Shown in pieces: positions 46,128 to 55,155 of a stretch of 64,000 bases of DNA. Numbering within the stretch: the first letter of the stretch is position 1; the number at the start of each line of letters is the position of its first letter. Source of the DNA: Methanobacteriota archaeon (lineage in GTDB: Archaea; Thermoplasmatota; Poseidoniia; Poseidoniales; Thalassarchaeaceae); contig WTHQ01000020.1 in NCBI GenBank assembly GCA_011523055.1, positions 80,114 through 144,113 on the forward strand, read 5' to 3'. The notes under the pieces are model-generated. The model was not told where the DNA came from. It saw only the letters and a program-made list of their open reading frames with translations, and searched no databases. A program made the position numbers and the translations under genes.

Positions 46128-47255
46128 TCAAAGCAGTACAGCTGATTCAAGATTGACTGGGTTTGTTGGGCGATCATTGCTGCCAGTTGGGACCTCGCTG
46201 ATGCTAGTAACTGCCTCGCACCCAGAGACTATTCTTCCGAAAACGGTGTGTTGCCCGTCGAGCCAGCTTGGAGTGCTGTCCTCTGGGATCAAGAAGAACT
46301 GGCTTCCGCCCGTGTTGGGCGAGCTGGTTTTTGCCATCGAAATTGTGCATGGCTCGTGCTTAAGTCCGTTGTCAGCTTCATCCGGGAGGGTGTACTGAGT
46401 GTAAGAGCAAGCCGCTGCATTCGACTCCTGATCACCGTTGCAGTAGCCATAGAAACTGGCAGCATAACCGCCTGTACCGTCGGAGTTCTCGAAGTCTCCG
46501 CCTTGGATCATGAAATCGTCTATGATCCGATGGAAGATTGTCTGGTCGTACGCCCCATCGCTTACATGTTTGACGAAGCTGGAAACATGTGATGGCGCTA
46601 GTTCGGGGTAGAGTAGTATGTCAATCTCGCTGGTGACCTTCTGACTGCCCAATTGGGGGTAGTAACTCACAGTTAGCCTAACGCTGTCTCCCTCTACAAT
46701 CTGGGAGTTGTCGTCATCATCGAAACCCGATATCAGCTCTCTACCTTGGCCGATAACTACCAACAGGACAATTCCAGATAGGAACATAGCCAACAACCCG
46801 AAAGGAGTGGGCTCCCCATTTGCGAAAATTGAGAAACCCCTACCAACTTGCACGCCGGCTTCGTCCATCATGGACATCAGGGCATTCAACTGCCTTCTCG
46901 TTTCCTTATTTCCTGGGTCCATTTTCAGTGCGCGCTCAAGACTCTTTCTCGATTCCTTCCATGATGACCTTCGAGTCGTCTCGTCATTTTGTCCCCATGT
47001 CATGTGGACGATTCCTGCAGTTCTAACCAGAAGAACTCGGTCGCCCTTTCCTAGCTTCGGATCCCAGGAGGTCCGCAAAGTTGAGAGAGCTGCAATGTAG
47101 TCCCCATCTTCCATAAGAGCCTTTGACTTTGCGACTGAGTCCCTCACTGCGGCGGACGGCATGGCCCTTCGGCAAGTGTGGGAGATGAAAAGATGACGGG
47201 TGTCTGAATCGGATTTGAGATTGTAGGAGGTCGGGACTACGACAGCAATGCTCAA
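46128..47255 (-). CDS. Membrane-anchored cyclophilin-type peptidyl-prolyl cis-trans isomerase with N-terminal helical (TPR-like) cytoplasmic region
   Basis: Cyclophilin core FHRIIDDFMIQGGDF...GGSQFFL...HTVFGRIVSG preceded by TM FGLLAMFLSGIVLLVVIG. Listed start 47255 is TTG; first ATG at 47162. Confidence 0.7.
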   Translation of the reverse strand: MSIAVVVPTSYNLKSDSDTRHLFISHTCRRAMPSAAVRDSVAKSKALMEDGDYIAALSTLRTSWDPKLGKGDRVLLVRTAGIVHMTWGQNDETTRRSSWKESRKSLERALKMDPGNKETRRQLNALMSMMDEAGVQVGRGFSIFANGEPTPFGLLAMFLSGIVLLVVIGQGRELISGFDDDDNSQIVEGDSVRLTVSYYPQLGSQKVTSEIDILLYPELAPSHVSSFVKHVSDGAYDQTIFHRIIDDFMIQGGDFENSDGTGGYAASFYGYCNGDQESNAAACSYTQYTLPDEADNGLKHEPCTISMAKTSSPNTGGSQFFLIPEDSTPSWLDGQHTVFGRIVSGCEAVTSISEVPTGSNDRPTNPVNLESAVLL

Positions 47256-47323
47256 GTCCCTTGCACATCACCGCGGCTCGCTCGTGCTGCACGTGTGCGC
47301 TTGCAAGGATGTGTATTCCCGAA

Positions 47324-49111
47324 ATGGACGTATCAATAAATGACTTCGTGATCAATGTCGCAACCGCCAACGGGACTGGTTCTCAGTCCTCGAACCTTAT
47401 TCTCCTCAACGCGCTGTTTGAGATGGGCGTTCCGGTGAGCGGAAAGAACTTATTCCCAAGCAACATATCCGGCCTTCCGACTTGGTTCATCATACGTGCA
47501 TCAGACAGAGGATACCAAGCGCCGGGGGACAAGACCGACATACAGGTCCTGATGAACCCCGACACCTGGTACAAGGACATCGAGAAGGTTGAATCCGGTT
47601 CTATAATCATCTTCAACGAGAACGTGAAGTTGCCAGTCGATCGTGATGATTGTCTAGTGTTTGGACTTCCGATGACCAAGCTAGCACGGTCCATAAGCCC
47701 GAAAATGGCGAAGATGATCGCGAACATGTATTATGTGGGCGTAATCCAGCACCTCGTTGGAATCGACCAAAGTGCTCTCGAAACGGCTGTGAATCGGCAA
47801 TTCAAAGGAAAGGCATCGGCTGTGGAGGTCAATCTGAGAGCAATAGATGAAGGCAGGAAGATTGCTCAGGAGGGCATCGAATGGCAATGCCCACATGCGG
47901 TCGAGGGGCGAGAAAAGGAGGAGGGGACGTTCCTGATTGAGGGAAACGAGGCTACTGCCCTAGGATCGATTTACGGAGGGATAAACATGCTCTCATGGTA
48001 CCCAATTACGCCTTCATCATCACTTGCGGAGGGCATCATCCACTGGCTTCCTGAGTTGAGGGGGACTGAGGACGGGAAGTCCACTTGCGCCGTGGTACAG
48101 GCCGAGGATGAGTTGGCGGCCGCTGGAATGGTGGTCGGTGCCGGATGGGCCGGTGGCAGGGGCATGACCTGTACCTCGGGCCCGGGCATCTCATTGATGT
48201 CGGAATTCATTGGTTTGGCATACTTCGCAGAGGTCCCAGGGGTGATCTGGGACGTAAACAGGGTCGGCCCGTCTACGGGGCTTCCAACAAGAACCCAACA
48301 AGGGGACTTGAACCTACTCAGAGAAGCGAGCCACGGGGACACGGAACACATCGTGTTGATTCCCGGCACAGTGGAGGAATGCTTTGAATTTGGGTGGAGG
48401 GCCTTCGACTATGCTGAGAGGTTCCAAACACTAGTGTTTGGCTTCTCGGACCTAGACCTGGGGATGAACAACTGGGTGTGCAGAGGTTTTGATTATCCTG
48501 ATGAGCAAATCGACCGGGGCAAGGTGGTAAGATCGGCCGAACAGATGGCCGCGATTGAGAACTATGGCAGATACAGGGACATCGATGGTGATGGGATTCC
48601 CTACAGAACCCTCCCCGGATCGGGCTTGGACCCGATCTTGTACAGAGGAACTGGGCATGACGAGGACGGGATCTACAGCGAGGACCCGGAAGTTTACAGA
48701 AAACTCATGATGCGGCTAAAGACTAAATTGTTCAATGCTAGGAAGGTGCTTCCTGCACCTGTGATCCGCGAGGAGCCCGAGGAGGATGTTGGCATAATCT
48801 ACATGGGGTCTATGGAGAACACTATCCAAGAGATTGACGACATGATCGAGGAAACAGGGCTGAAGGTGAGTCAATGTAGAGTCAGGGCACTGCCCCTTCA
48901 CCCAGACGTAGAGAAATTCATAGACAGCCACAACAAGGTGGTCGTTCTCGAGATAAACAGGGATGGGCAATTGTATGGTGTGCTGAGGAAGGAGCTCCCC
49001 ATAAATCTGGTACCAAAGATAACCAGCGTTGCATTTTCCGACGGGATGCCCCCGAGGGCCAGGATCTATTCGGACCTGATACTCGACGCACTTGTGGAGG
49101 TGGAATCATGA
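47324..49111 (+). CDS. korA: 2-oxoacid:ferredoxin oxidoreductase, alpha subunit (fused gamma-alpha type; KorA/OFOR)
   Basis: N-terminus DFVINVATANGTGSQSSNLILLNALFEMGVPVSGKNLFPSNISG. Domain I LIEGNEATALGSIYGGINMLSWYPITPSS. About 595 aa. Confidence 0.8.
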   Translation: MDVSINDFVINVATANGTGSQSSNLILLNALFEMGVPVSGKNLFPSNISGLPTWFIIRASDRGYQAPGDKTDIQVLMNPDTWYKDIEKVESGSIIIFNENVKLPVDRDDCLVFGLPMTKLARSISPKMAKMIANMYYVGVIQHLVGIDQSALETAVNRQFKGKASAVEVNLRAIDEGRKIAQEGIEWQCPHAVEGREKEEGTFLIEGNEATALGSIYGGINMLSWYPITPSSSLAEGIIHWLPELRGTEDGKSTCAVVQAEDELAAAGMVVGAGWAGGRGMTCTSGPGISLMSEFIGLAYFAEVPGVIWDVNRVGPSTGLPTRTQQGDLNLLREASHGDTEHIVLIPGTVEECFEFGWRAFDYAERFQTLVFGFSDLDLGMNNWVCRGFDYPDEQIDRGKVVRSAEQMAAIENYGRYRDIDGDGIPYRTLPGSGLDPILYRGTGHDEDGIYSEDPEVYRKLMMRLKTKLFNARKVLPAPVIREEPEEDVGIIYMGSMENTIQEIDDMIEETGLKVSQCRVRALPLHPDVEKFIDSHNKVVVLEINRDGQLYGVLRKELPINLVPKITSVAFSDGMPPRARIYSDLILDALVEVES

Positions 49112-50142
49112 GCAAAGTGATCAAACTCAACGTTATTGAAAGACCGAAGAGCGATTACACTGGAGGGGCTTCCTCCCTTTGCCCGGGCTGCGGTCACGAC
49201 CAGATCTCAGGGGTAATCATACAAGCGTGCTGGGAAAACGGCATAGAGCCTAGCAAAATAGCCAAGATGAGCGGCATCGGCTGTTCCTCCAAGACTCCGG
49301 CGTATTTCCTAGGGCAGTCACATGGATTCAACACAGTTCATGGCAGAATGCCATCGGTCACTACAGGTGCCAACATGGTCAACAAGGACCTAGTTTACCT
49401 CGGAGTGTCTGGAGACGGGGACTCCGCGAGCATCGGAATAGGGCAATTTATCCATGCCATCAGGAGGAACCTGAACATGGTCTACATCATCGAAAACAAT
49501 GGTGTATACGGCCTCACCAAGGGCCAGTATTCTGCCACGGTTGAGAAGGGCTCCAAGAAACGGAAAGGCTCGCCCAACGAGCAACCTCCAATTGACATGT
49601 GCAAATTGGCGATAAATCTTGGCTGCGGATTCGTTGCCCGCTCCTTCTCAGGGGCCAAGAAGCAGCTCACGGCACTGATGAAGGCCGCGCTCAGCCACAA
49701 CGGGATGGCAGTGATAGACGTCATCTCCCCCTGTGTTACATTCGCAAACAATGATGAGTCATACAAGTCATATGGATACGTCAAGGACCAAACTGAGGAG
49801 TTGCATGGTGTCGACTACATTCATCACTTCCAGCCCCTCAACGAAGTGGACATTCCAGAGGGGAGCTTCGAGGACGTCGAGTTGTTTGACGGCAGTGTAC
49901 TGAGGCTCGAGACCTTGTCCTCAGAATACGACCACAACGACCCGACTGCTGCAATAGTTGCCCTACATAGGGCCGAGATGGACAAGAAGCACATTACGGG
50001 ATTGCTCCATCACAATACGGACATGCCAACAGCGGACGAGGACCAGGGGCTTGTAGATACGCCTCTTTGTGACCTCAGTGAGGACATGCTGCGCCCAAGC
50101 AGGGCCAAGCATGAGGAACTGATGGCAAGGTTCCGGGCTTGA
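49108..50142 (+). CDS. korB: 2-oxoacid:ferredoxin oxidoreductase, beta subunit (TPP-binding; KorB)
   Basis: CPGCGHDQISG plus TPP-binding GIGCSSK...GDGDSASIG. ATGA start/stop overlap with korA. Confidence 0.8.
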   Translation: MSKVIKLNVIERPKSDYTGGASSLCPGCGHDQISGVIIQACWENGIEPSKIAKMSGIGCSSKTPAYFLGQSHGFNTVHGRMPSVTTGANMVNKDLVYLGVSGDGDSASIGIGQFIHAIRRNLNMVYIIENNGVYGLTKGQYSATVEKGSKKRKGSPNEQPPIDMCKLAINLGCGFVARSFSGAKKQLTALMKAALSHNGMAVIDVISPCVTFANNDESYKSYGYVKDQTEELHGVDYIHHFQPLNEVDIPEGSFEDVELFDGSVLRLETLSSEYDHNDPTAAIVALHRAEMDKKHITGLLHHNTDMPTADEDQGLVDTPLCDLSEDMLRPSRAKHEELMARFRA

Positions 50143-50190
50143 TTCCTCATGGGTTCGTTGAAATATGGAACCATCCACCGACACATCCGA

Positions 50191-50266
50191 AGTCCCGTAG
50201 TGTAGTGGTCCATCATATGGCACTCTGGATGCCATGACCCTGGTTCGAATCCGGGCGGGACTACCA
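50191..50266 (+). tRNA. tRNA-Gln (anticodon CUG), CCA encoded
   Basis: AGUCCCGUAGUGUAGUGGUCCAUCAUAUGGCACUCUGGAUGCCAUGACCCUGGUUCGAAUCCGGGCGGGACUACCA. Acceptor AGUCCCG/CGGGACU, anticodon stem UGGCA/UGCCA with loop CUCUGGA, T-loop UUCGAAU. Confidence 0.7.
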
Positions 50267-50466
50267 ACGCCTAGCTTGAATTCAAACTGCCCTGAAAAGA
50301 AACTGAGACACCCATGATACCATTATGATAATCATGAACCATCCCAACGCCGATCGCATCGATTGTTTTCTCTCGGGCCTGGGAGGAAAGGGGTCTATTC
50401 CCAGCCTCATAGCCTCGGCGATCAACTCGAGTTCCTCCTCGATCGTTTCTGGGTCCCCGTTGCTGT

Positions 50467-51324
50467 TCATGGCTCCACCGTGGGGTCCCATCCTGAGACA
50501 TGATTAGAATCTAATCGGTTCACTTCTTCCATTATTCCTGAGATGTCGATTTCCATGGATTGGATGTTCTCTAGCTGCCTCCCCGGGTGGCTAGACTTCG
50601 GAATTACCACGGCACCGTTGTCCAGGCACCACTTTATGGCAGCTTGTGGCGCGGTGAAACCTTGTCCCTCGCACAGTCTTTCCAACTGTTGGTCCCGAGC
50701 CTTCTGACCCCGCGCCAAAGGGGAATATGCCATGGTAAGAGCCCCGATACTCCTAGTGGCTTCATGCAATTTCGGCCTCTGTATCCAAGGGTTCAATTCG
50801 ACTTGGTTCACTGAGGGGAGGATGTTTGCATGGGTCCTTAGCTGGTCGAGGTGATGTATGCCATAGTTGCTTACTCCGATCGACCTTACGATTCCTTCGG
50901 ACAGAAGGTCCTCCATGGCCCTCCAAACTGGCTCTCGTGCAGTTTGATCCTCAGGGGGGGCATGTACAAGATACAGGTCGATGTATTCCAATCCCAACAG
51001 CTCCAAGCTTAATTTGCAGTTCTTGATTGTGGATTCATAACCCGTGGCATGTACCCTCCTCAACTTAGTGACGATGGTCAATTCCTCTCTTGGAACACCA
51101 CACCCCCTCACCGCGTCACCTACCTCTCGCTCATTGCCGTATGCCCTTGCTGTGTCGATTAACCTGTAGCCGATGGAGATCGCGTTTGACACAGATCGAT
51201 AGCACTCGCCAGGCTCATTCATCATCCAAACTCCGAGTCCAATCGCAGGCATATCGATGGCTGATTTTTCGCCTCCGGTGCTAACTTCGTGATTGATCGC
51301 TCTCAGCACGGCCACATCGCTCAC
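50467..51324 (-). CDS. Aldo/keto reductase (2,5-diketo-D-gluconate reductase-like)
   Basis: MPAIGLGVW...GYRLIDTARAYGNEREVG...IVRSIGVSNY...YSPL are AKR signatures. Confidence 0.8.
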   Translation of the reverse strand: MSDVAVLRAINHEVSTGGEKSAIDMPAIGLGVWMMNEPGECYRSVSNAISIGYRLIDTARAYGNEREVGDAVRGCGVPREELTIVTKLRRVHATGYESTIKNCKLSLELLGLEYIDLYLVHAPPEDQTAREPVWRAMEDLLSEGIVRSIGVSNYGIHHLDQLRTHANILPSVNQVELNPWIQRPKLHEATRSIGALTMAYSPLARGQKARDQQLERLCEGQGFTAPQAAIKWCLDNGAVVIPKSSHPGRQLENIQSMEIDISGIMEEVNRLDSNHVSGWDPTVEP

Positions 51325-51362
51325 ATTAAGCCGTCAGTATTCAGGTCTGCGGAATTTGGGGC

Positions 51363-51734
51363 TTAGTGTGATGCCAACGCGGATGCTAATCTCCAACCCC
51401 CCAGAGCCATAAATGGGCAGCCCAAGGCCGTAAAAGACATGTAAACCGCCATCGAAGCGATGCCAGTCGAGTTCCCGATCTCCAATGTTTGGAGCGCATA
51501 TGTGGACATTGTCGTGAATGACCCCAAGAGGCCGACTCCGATTAACTGAACAGATTCTTTTGAGGTGAGACCCAATGAGTAAGTCGCCATGATCGCACCC
51601 AACAGGAATGAGCCGATCAAATTGACAAATAACGTCGCAATGGGTGCCTGAGAGACAGGGGCGATCGAATCAGCGACCCACCTGAGGACGGCTCCGACGG
51701 ACCCTCCCAGAGCCACGAGGAAAACGCTATTCAC
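51363..51734 (-). CDS. crcB: Fluoride ion channel CrcB/Fluc
   Basis: 123 aa, 4 TM helices. Motifs GGSVGAVLRW and LGSFTTMSTY are typical of CrcB. Confidence 0.8.
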   Translation of the reverse strand: MNSVFLVALGGSVGAVLRWVADSIAPVSQAPIATLFVNLIGSFLLGAIMATYSLGLTSKESVQLIGVGLLGSFTTMSTYALQTLEIGNSTGIASMAVYMSFTALGCPFMALGGWRLASALASH

Positions 51735-51847
51735 AGATATAAAATGGGTGCGAGGAAAATAGAGGTTCCTGTTCTAGCCTTGTAGACAATTGGTCATGGA
51801 GGATTACAGCATTTCATTTGACAGGCGAATAACCCTTGACTGTGGAA

Positions 51848-53503
51848 ATGCACCCGAGGTTATCTGCCAGCCGGCAAGGAGGGGGGTTCCAATCCTTGCT
51901 TCGCGATGATGGAAGAGCCACCCCAAAAAGATGGGTATTCCTACTCTATGATCAGCTCAATCTGAACCTGCTACCCTTCGATGATTCTCCTCCTGAAGAG
52001 ACTGGGATACTCCTCATCGAGTCGACGGCCAAAGGCACTAGCCGGCCCTATCACAAGCAGAAGATAGCGATGCTGATATCCAACATGCGGCACTTCGCAA
52101 TCGAAGCGCAGAGCGAGGGTTACCCCGTTGCCTACCTCATGACCAAAGATTACTACTCTGTCGCGCTCGAAAAATTTGCCAGTGTTGGCAGCATCCATGT
52201 GATCAAGGCTGCAGAGAAGTCGACGCGTGATGAGTTGTCGCCTCTAATCGACTCTGGACTTCTCACGGTTCACCCACACAGGGGTTGGATTACCCCAATG
52301 AAATGGTTCATCGAGGCGGTAGGGGCAAAGCCACCCTACAGAATGGCGCCATTCTACCAGAAGTTCAGGCAAGAAACGGGTATATTGATGGATGGATCCA
52401 CCCCCATCGGAGGCAAATATTCGTTCGACTCAGAGAACAGGTCGCCCTGGGATGGAAAGCATGAGCTTCCAGAACCCCCTGTATATCCTAAGGATGACAT
52501 AGACCTGGAGGTGGAGTCCCTCATAGATTCGAAATTCTCAGGCCACCCTGGAAAGGCGGATCTCTCAGCCCTGCCAACAACGATTGATCAAGTCAATGCT
52601 GCCTTGGGGTACGCAATCTCAGTCCTACCCCTATTCGGAAGGTATGAGGATGCGATGACCGTGCACTCCAAGGGCCTGTTTCACAGCAGGTTGGCATCCC
52701 TGCTGAACCTAAGCAGACTACTCCCGAGGGATGTGCTCGATCGGGTGTTGAGTGCCGATGCACCTCTGAACAGCATCGAGGGGTTCGTGCGCCAGATTGT
52801 CTGGAGGGAATACGTCCACCACGTCCATGTAATCACCAATGGCTTTCAGGATATTGAGGTAAACAAGACACTCAACACAAGGAACGATGCCGGTTGGTGG
52901 GAATCCGACCACAACGGCAGTTACAGACGAAGCAGCCCGAACCACCTCAATCAGGACCGCTCACTACCGATGGCCTACTGGGGGGAGCAGTCCGGCCTGA
53001 ACTGCTTGGATCAGACCATCCAGTCTGTCATGGAGGACGGATGGACCCATCACATCCCTAGATTGATGGTGCAAAGCAACATTGCGAGTCTACTGGATGT
53101 TAATCCCAGGGAGCTCACTGATTGGTTCCACGCCTCTTTCATCGATGCATTTGACTGGGTTGTGGAGCCAAACGTTTTGGGGATGGGCACGTATGCATTA
53201 GGCGATGCCATGATGACTAAGCCATATGTCTCTGGAACGCCATACATAAATCGCATGGGGGATTATTGCAAATCCTGCTCCCTTGACCCGAGGAAAAGTT
53301 GCCCCATATCTTCGCTTTATTGGGCATACCTCGAACGCCATCGTAGCCATTTTGAAGGCAACTTCAGGATGTCAATGCCACTCAGAACGCTTTCAAAGCG
53401 ATCACACGACAAGAAATTCGAGGACCAAAGGGTGTTTGAGTCTGTTTACAGTAGTCTTCGTGCCGGCAAGGTTTGGAGACCTGAGGACCTCCCTCCCGTG
53501 TGA
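51848..53503 (+). CDS. Photolyase/cryptochrome-related protein of the FeS-BCP / DPRP type (possible (6-4) photolyase)
   Basis: Photolyase N-terminal fold KRWVFLLYDQLN. C-terminal Cys cluster YINRMGDYCKSCSLDPRKSCP resembles the [4Fe-4S] ligands of PhrB-like enzymes. First ATG at 51848 (the ORF TTG is at 51836). Confidence 0.55.
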   Translation: MHPRLSASRQGGGFQSLLRDDGRATPKRWVFLLYDQLNLNLLPFDDSPPEETGILLIESTAKGTSRPYHKQKIAMLISNMRHFAIEAQSEGYPVAYLMTKDYYSVALEKFASVGSIHVIKAAEKSTRDELSPLIDSGLLTVHPHRGWITPMKWFIEAVGAKPPYRMAPFYQKFRQETGILMDGSTPIGGKYSFDSENRSPWDGKHELPEPPVYPKDDIDLEVESLIDSKFSGHPGKADLSALPTTIDQVNAALGYAISVLPLFGRYEDAMTVHSKGLFHSRLASLLNLSRLLPRDVLDRVLSADAPLNSIEGFVRQIVWREYVHHVHVITNGFQDIEVNKTLNTRNDAGWWESDHNGSYRRSSPNHLNQDRSLPMAYWGEQSGLNCLDQTIQSVMEDGWTHHIPRLMVQSNIASLLDVNPRELTDWFHASFIDAFDWVVEPNVLGMGTYALGDAMMTKPYVSGTPYINRMGDYCKSCSLDPRKSCPISSLYWAYLERHRSHFEGNFRMSMPLRTLSKRSHDKKFEDQRVFESVYSSLRAGKVWRPEDLPPV

Positions 53504-53555
53504 GTCATTCGCGTGGACATAGTGGTTAGATACCACACATGAGGCCCATGGAGAC

Positions 53556-55061
53556 ATGCAGGGCTACTCCAGTCGCACCCCCAGGGAGCCGCGACTTGCC
53601 TCGAGTGCAGTGATAACAAGGCTAATTGAAGGGGAGGGCAGGATGCTGATGGGCCTTAGGCACCCCGAGGTACCAACATTCCCTGGTTTCTGGGCCTTTC
53701 CAGGCGGTGGTGTCTCACGGCATGACAGGGAATACGCAGAGGGGGAACATTCAGCAGTCAACGAGAAGGATGGTGCTTGGCTAGTCGCCCTATTCAGGGA
53801 GCTGACCGAGGAGACCGGGTTCGCCTTCGGAGCCGATGGGCAATGGGGTTTGGTGAGTGATGACCTGAGAGATGGTCTCTGCAATAAGGGTTTGATCTGG
53901 GCTCATGCGGTTGAACAGGGGTTGTTCAGCGTTGACTTTGGATTGGCCTCACTCGTTACCGAGCGGACCACGCCCCCTCTCGCTCCCGTTCGTTACACCA
54001 ACAGATTCTACCACATTGACTTCGGAAATTTCGCCTTAGAGCCCAAGCAACCCCCAGGGAGGAGTGAATTTACTCGATTCAAGTGGTGGGCCCCTGAAGA
54101 ATTGCTATCTGAGTGGGAAAAGGGGGAGGCGAAGATGGCCCCCCCGCAGGTCACCTTCGTCAGGGACATAATCAAGGGGATGGTCGAGGGAAAGGGTATG
54201 ATCGGATCATTATCCGAGATGTCTGAACTCCCTCCGAGGGGACCCCATAAAATCGAATTTGCACCGGGTGTAGAGTGCCTACCAATACCAACTGCCACAC
54301 TACCCCCAGCTACACACACCAATTGTTTCATTATCGGCAGGGGGGCGGAAGTTTTAGTCGTAGATCCAGCGGTTCAAAACCAAGAGGGCTTTGAAATTCT
54401 CGAGCGAAGATTGTCGGAACTTCGAGAGGACGGGAAGACTTTGCGAGGGGCACTTTACACCCACAGGCACCCTGACCACATAGGTGACCAAACTATGGTT
54501 CGTAGGTTGATAGATCAGCAGATTTTCGGGACTGCTGAAACAATTGAGGAGCTGGGGGCAGGGACCTTGATCAGGGATGGTCAGACCATCGACCTCTCAG
54601 ACGGGCATCCATGGACTGTGATTGAGACCCCTGGACACTGTCCTGGCATGGTCTCGCTTGCCTCAGGGGTTGGCACCATATCCGCTGACAACGTTACCAT
54701 GGTTGGAACGATTCTAGTTCCTTCGAAAGAAGGCTCAATGACTCAATACATGGAAAGTCTTCAGCGTCTGATGGCTATCGATCCAAAGCTGCTTTTTCCA
54801 AGCCATGGCCCTGTTTGCGCTTCGCCAAGGAGGTTGCTTGACAGGACTTACAAACATCGTCAACAACGGCATGAGAAAGTACTTGAAGCGATACAGGAAG
54901 GTAATACAAGGCTTGCAGACATCGCGAAAGAGGCCTACAAAGACGCACCAGATGCCCCAATTATGTTATCGGAAGACCAGACGCTGTCCCACATCATGGG
55001 CTTGATTGAGCAAGGTCTTGTGGCCAAATCAGCCGAGGGTTACCGCCCTACTAATCACTAA
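53556..55061 (+). CDS. Fusion protein: N-terminal NUDIX hydrolase domain plus C-terminal metallo-beta-lactamase-fold hydrolase domain
   Basis: Nudix box GGGVSRHDREYAEGEHSAVNEKDGAWLVALFRELTEETGF (REx2EExG). MBL motifs LYTHRHPDHIGD (HxHxDH), VIETPGHCPGMVS, LLFPSHGP. Confidence 0.7.
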   Translation: MQGYSSRTPREPRLASSAVITRLIEGEGRMLMGLRHPEVPTFPGFWAFPGGGVSRHDREYAEGEHSAVNEKDGAWLVALFRELTEETGFAFGADGQWGLVSDDLRDGLCNKGLIWAHAVEQGLFSVDFGLASLVTERTTPPLAPVRYTNRFYHIDFGNFALEPKQPPGRSEFTRFKWWAPEELLSEWEKGEAKMAPPQVTFVRDIIKGMVEGKGMIGSLSEMSELPPRGPHKIEFAPGVECLPIPTATLPPATHTNCFIIGRGAEVLVVDPAVQNQEGFEILERRLSELREDGKTLRGALYTHRHPDHIGDQTMVRRLIDQQIFGTAETIEELGAGTLIRDGQTIDLSDGHPWTVIETPGHCPGMVSLASGVGTISADNVTMVGTILVPSKEGSMTQYMESLQRLMAIDPKLLFPSHGPVCASPRRLLDRTYKHRQQRHEKVLEAIQEGNTRLADIAKEAYKDAPDAPIMLSEDQTLSHIMGLIEQGLVAKSAEGYRPTNH

Positions 55062-55155
55062 TGGACCAAGGTTCATCACTAATCCCCCCCTGCCGTACCC
55101 ATGGCAACCCCAACAATCACGATGATACCTGGTTCAGGTTGCTTTAGGATGGACA

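Noticed and set aside
49963-50267. Minus-strand ORFs 49963..50235 and 50010..50267
   Set aside because: They overlap the korB 3' end and the tRNA-Gln gene; these are shadow ORFs.
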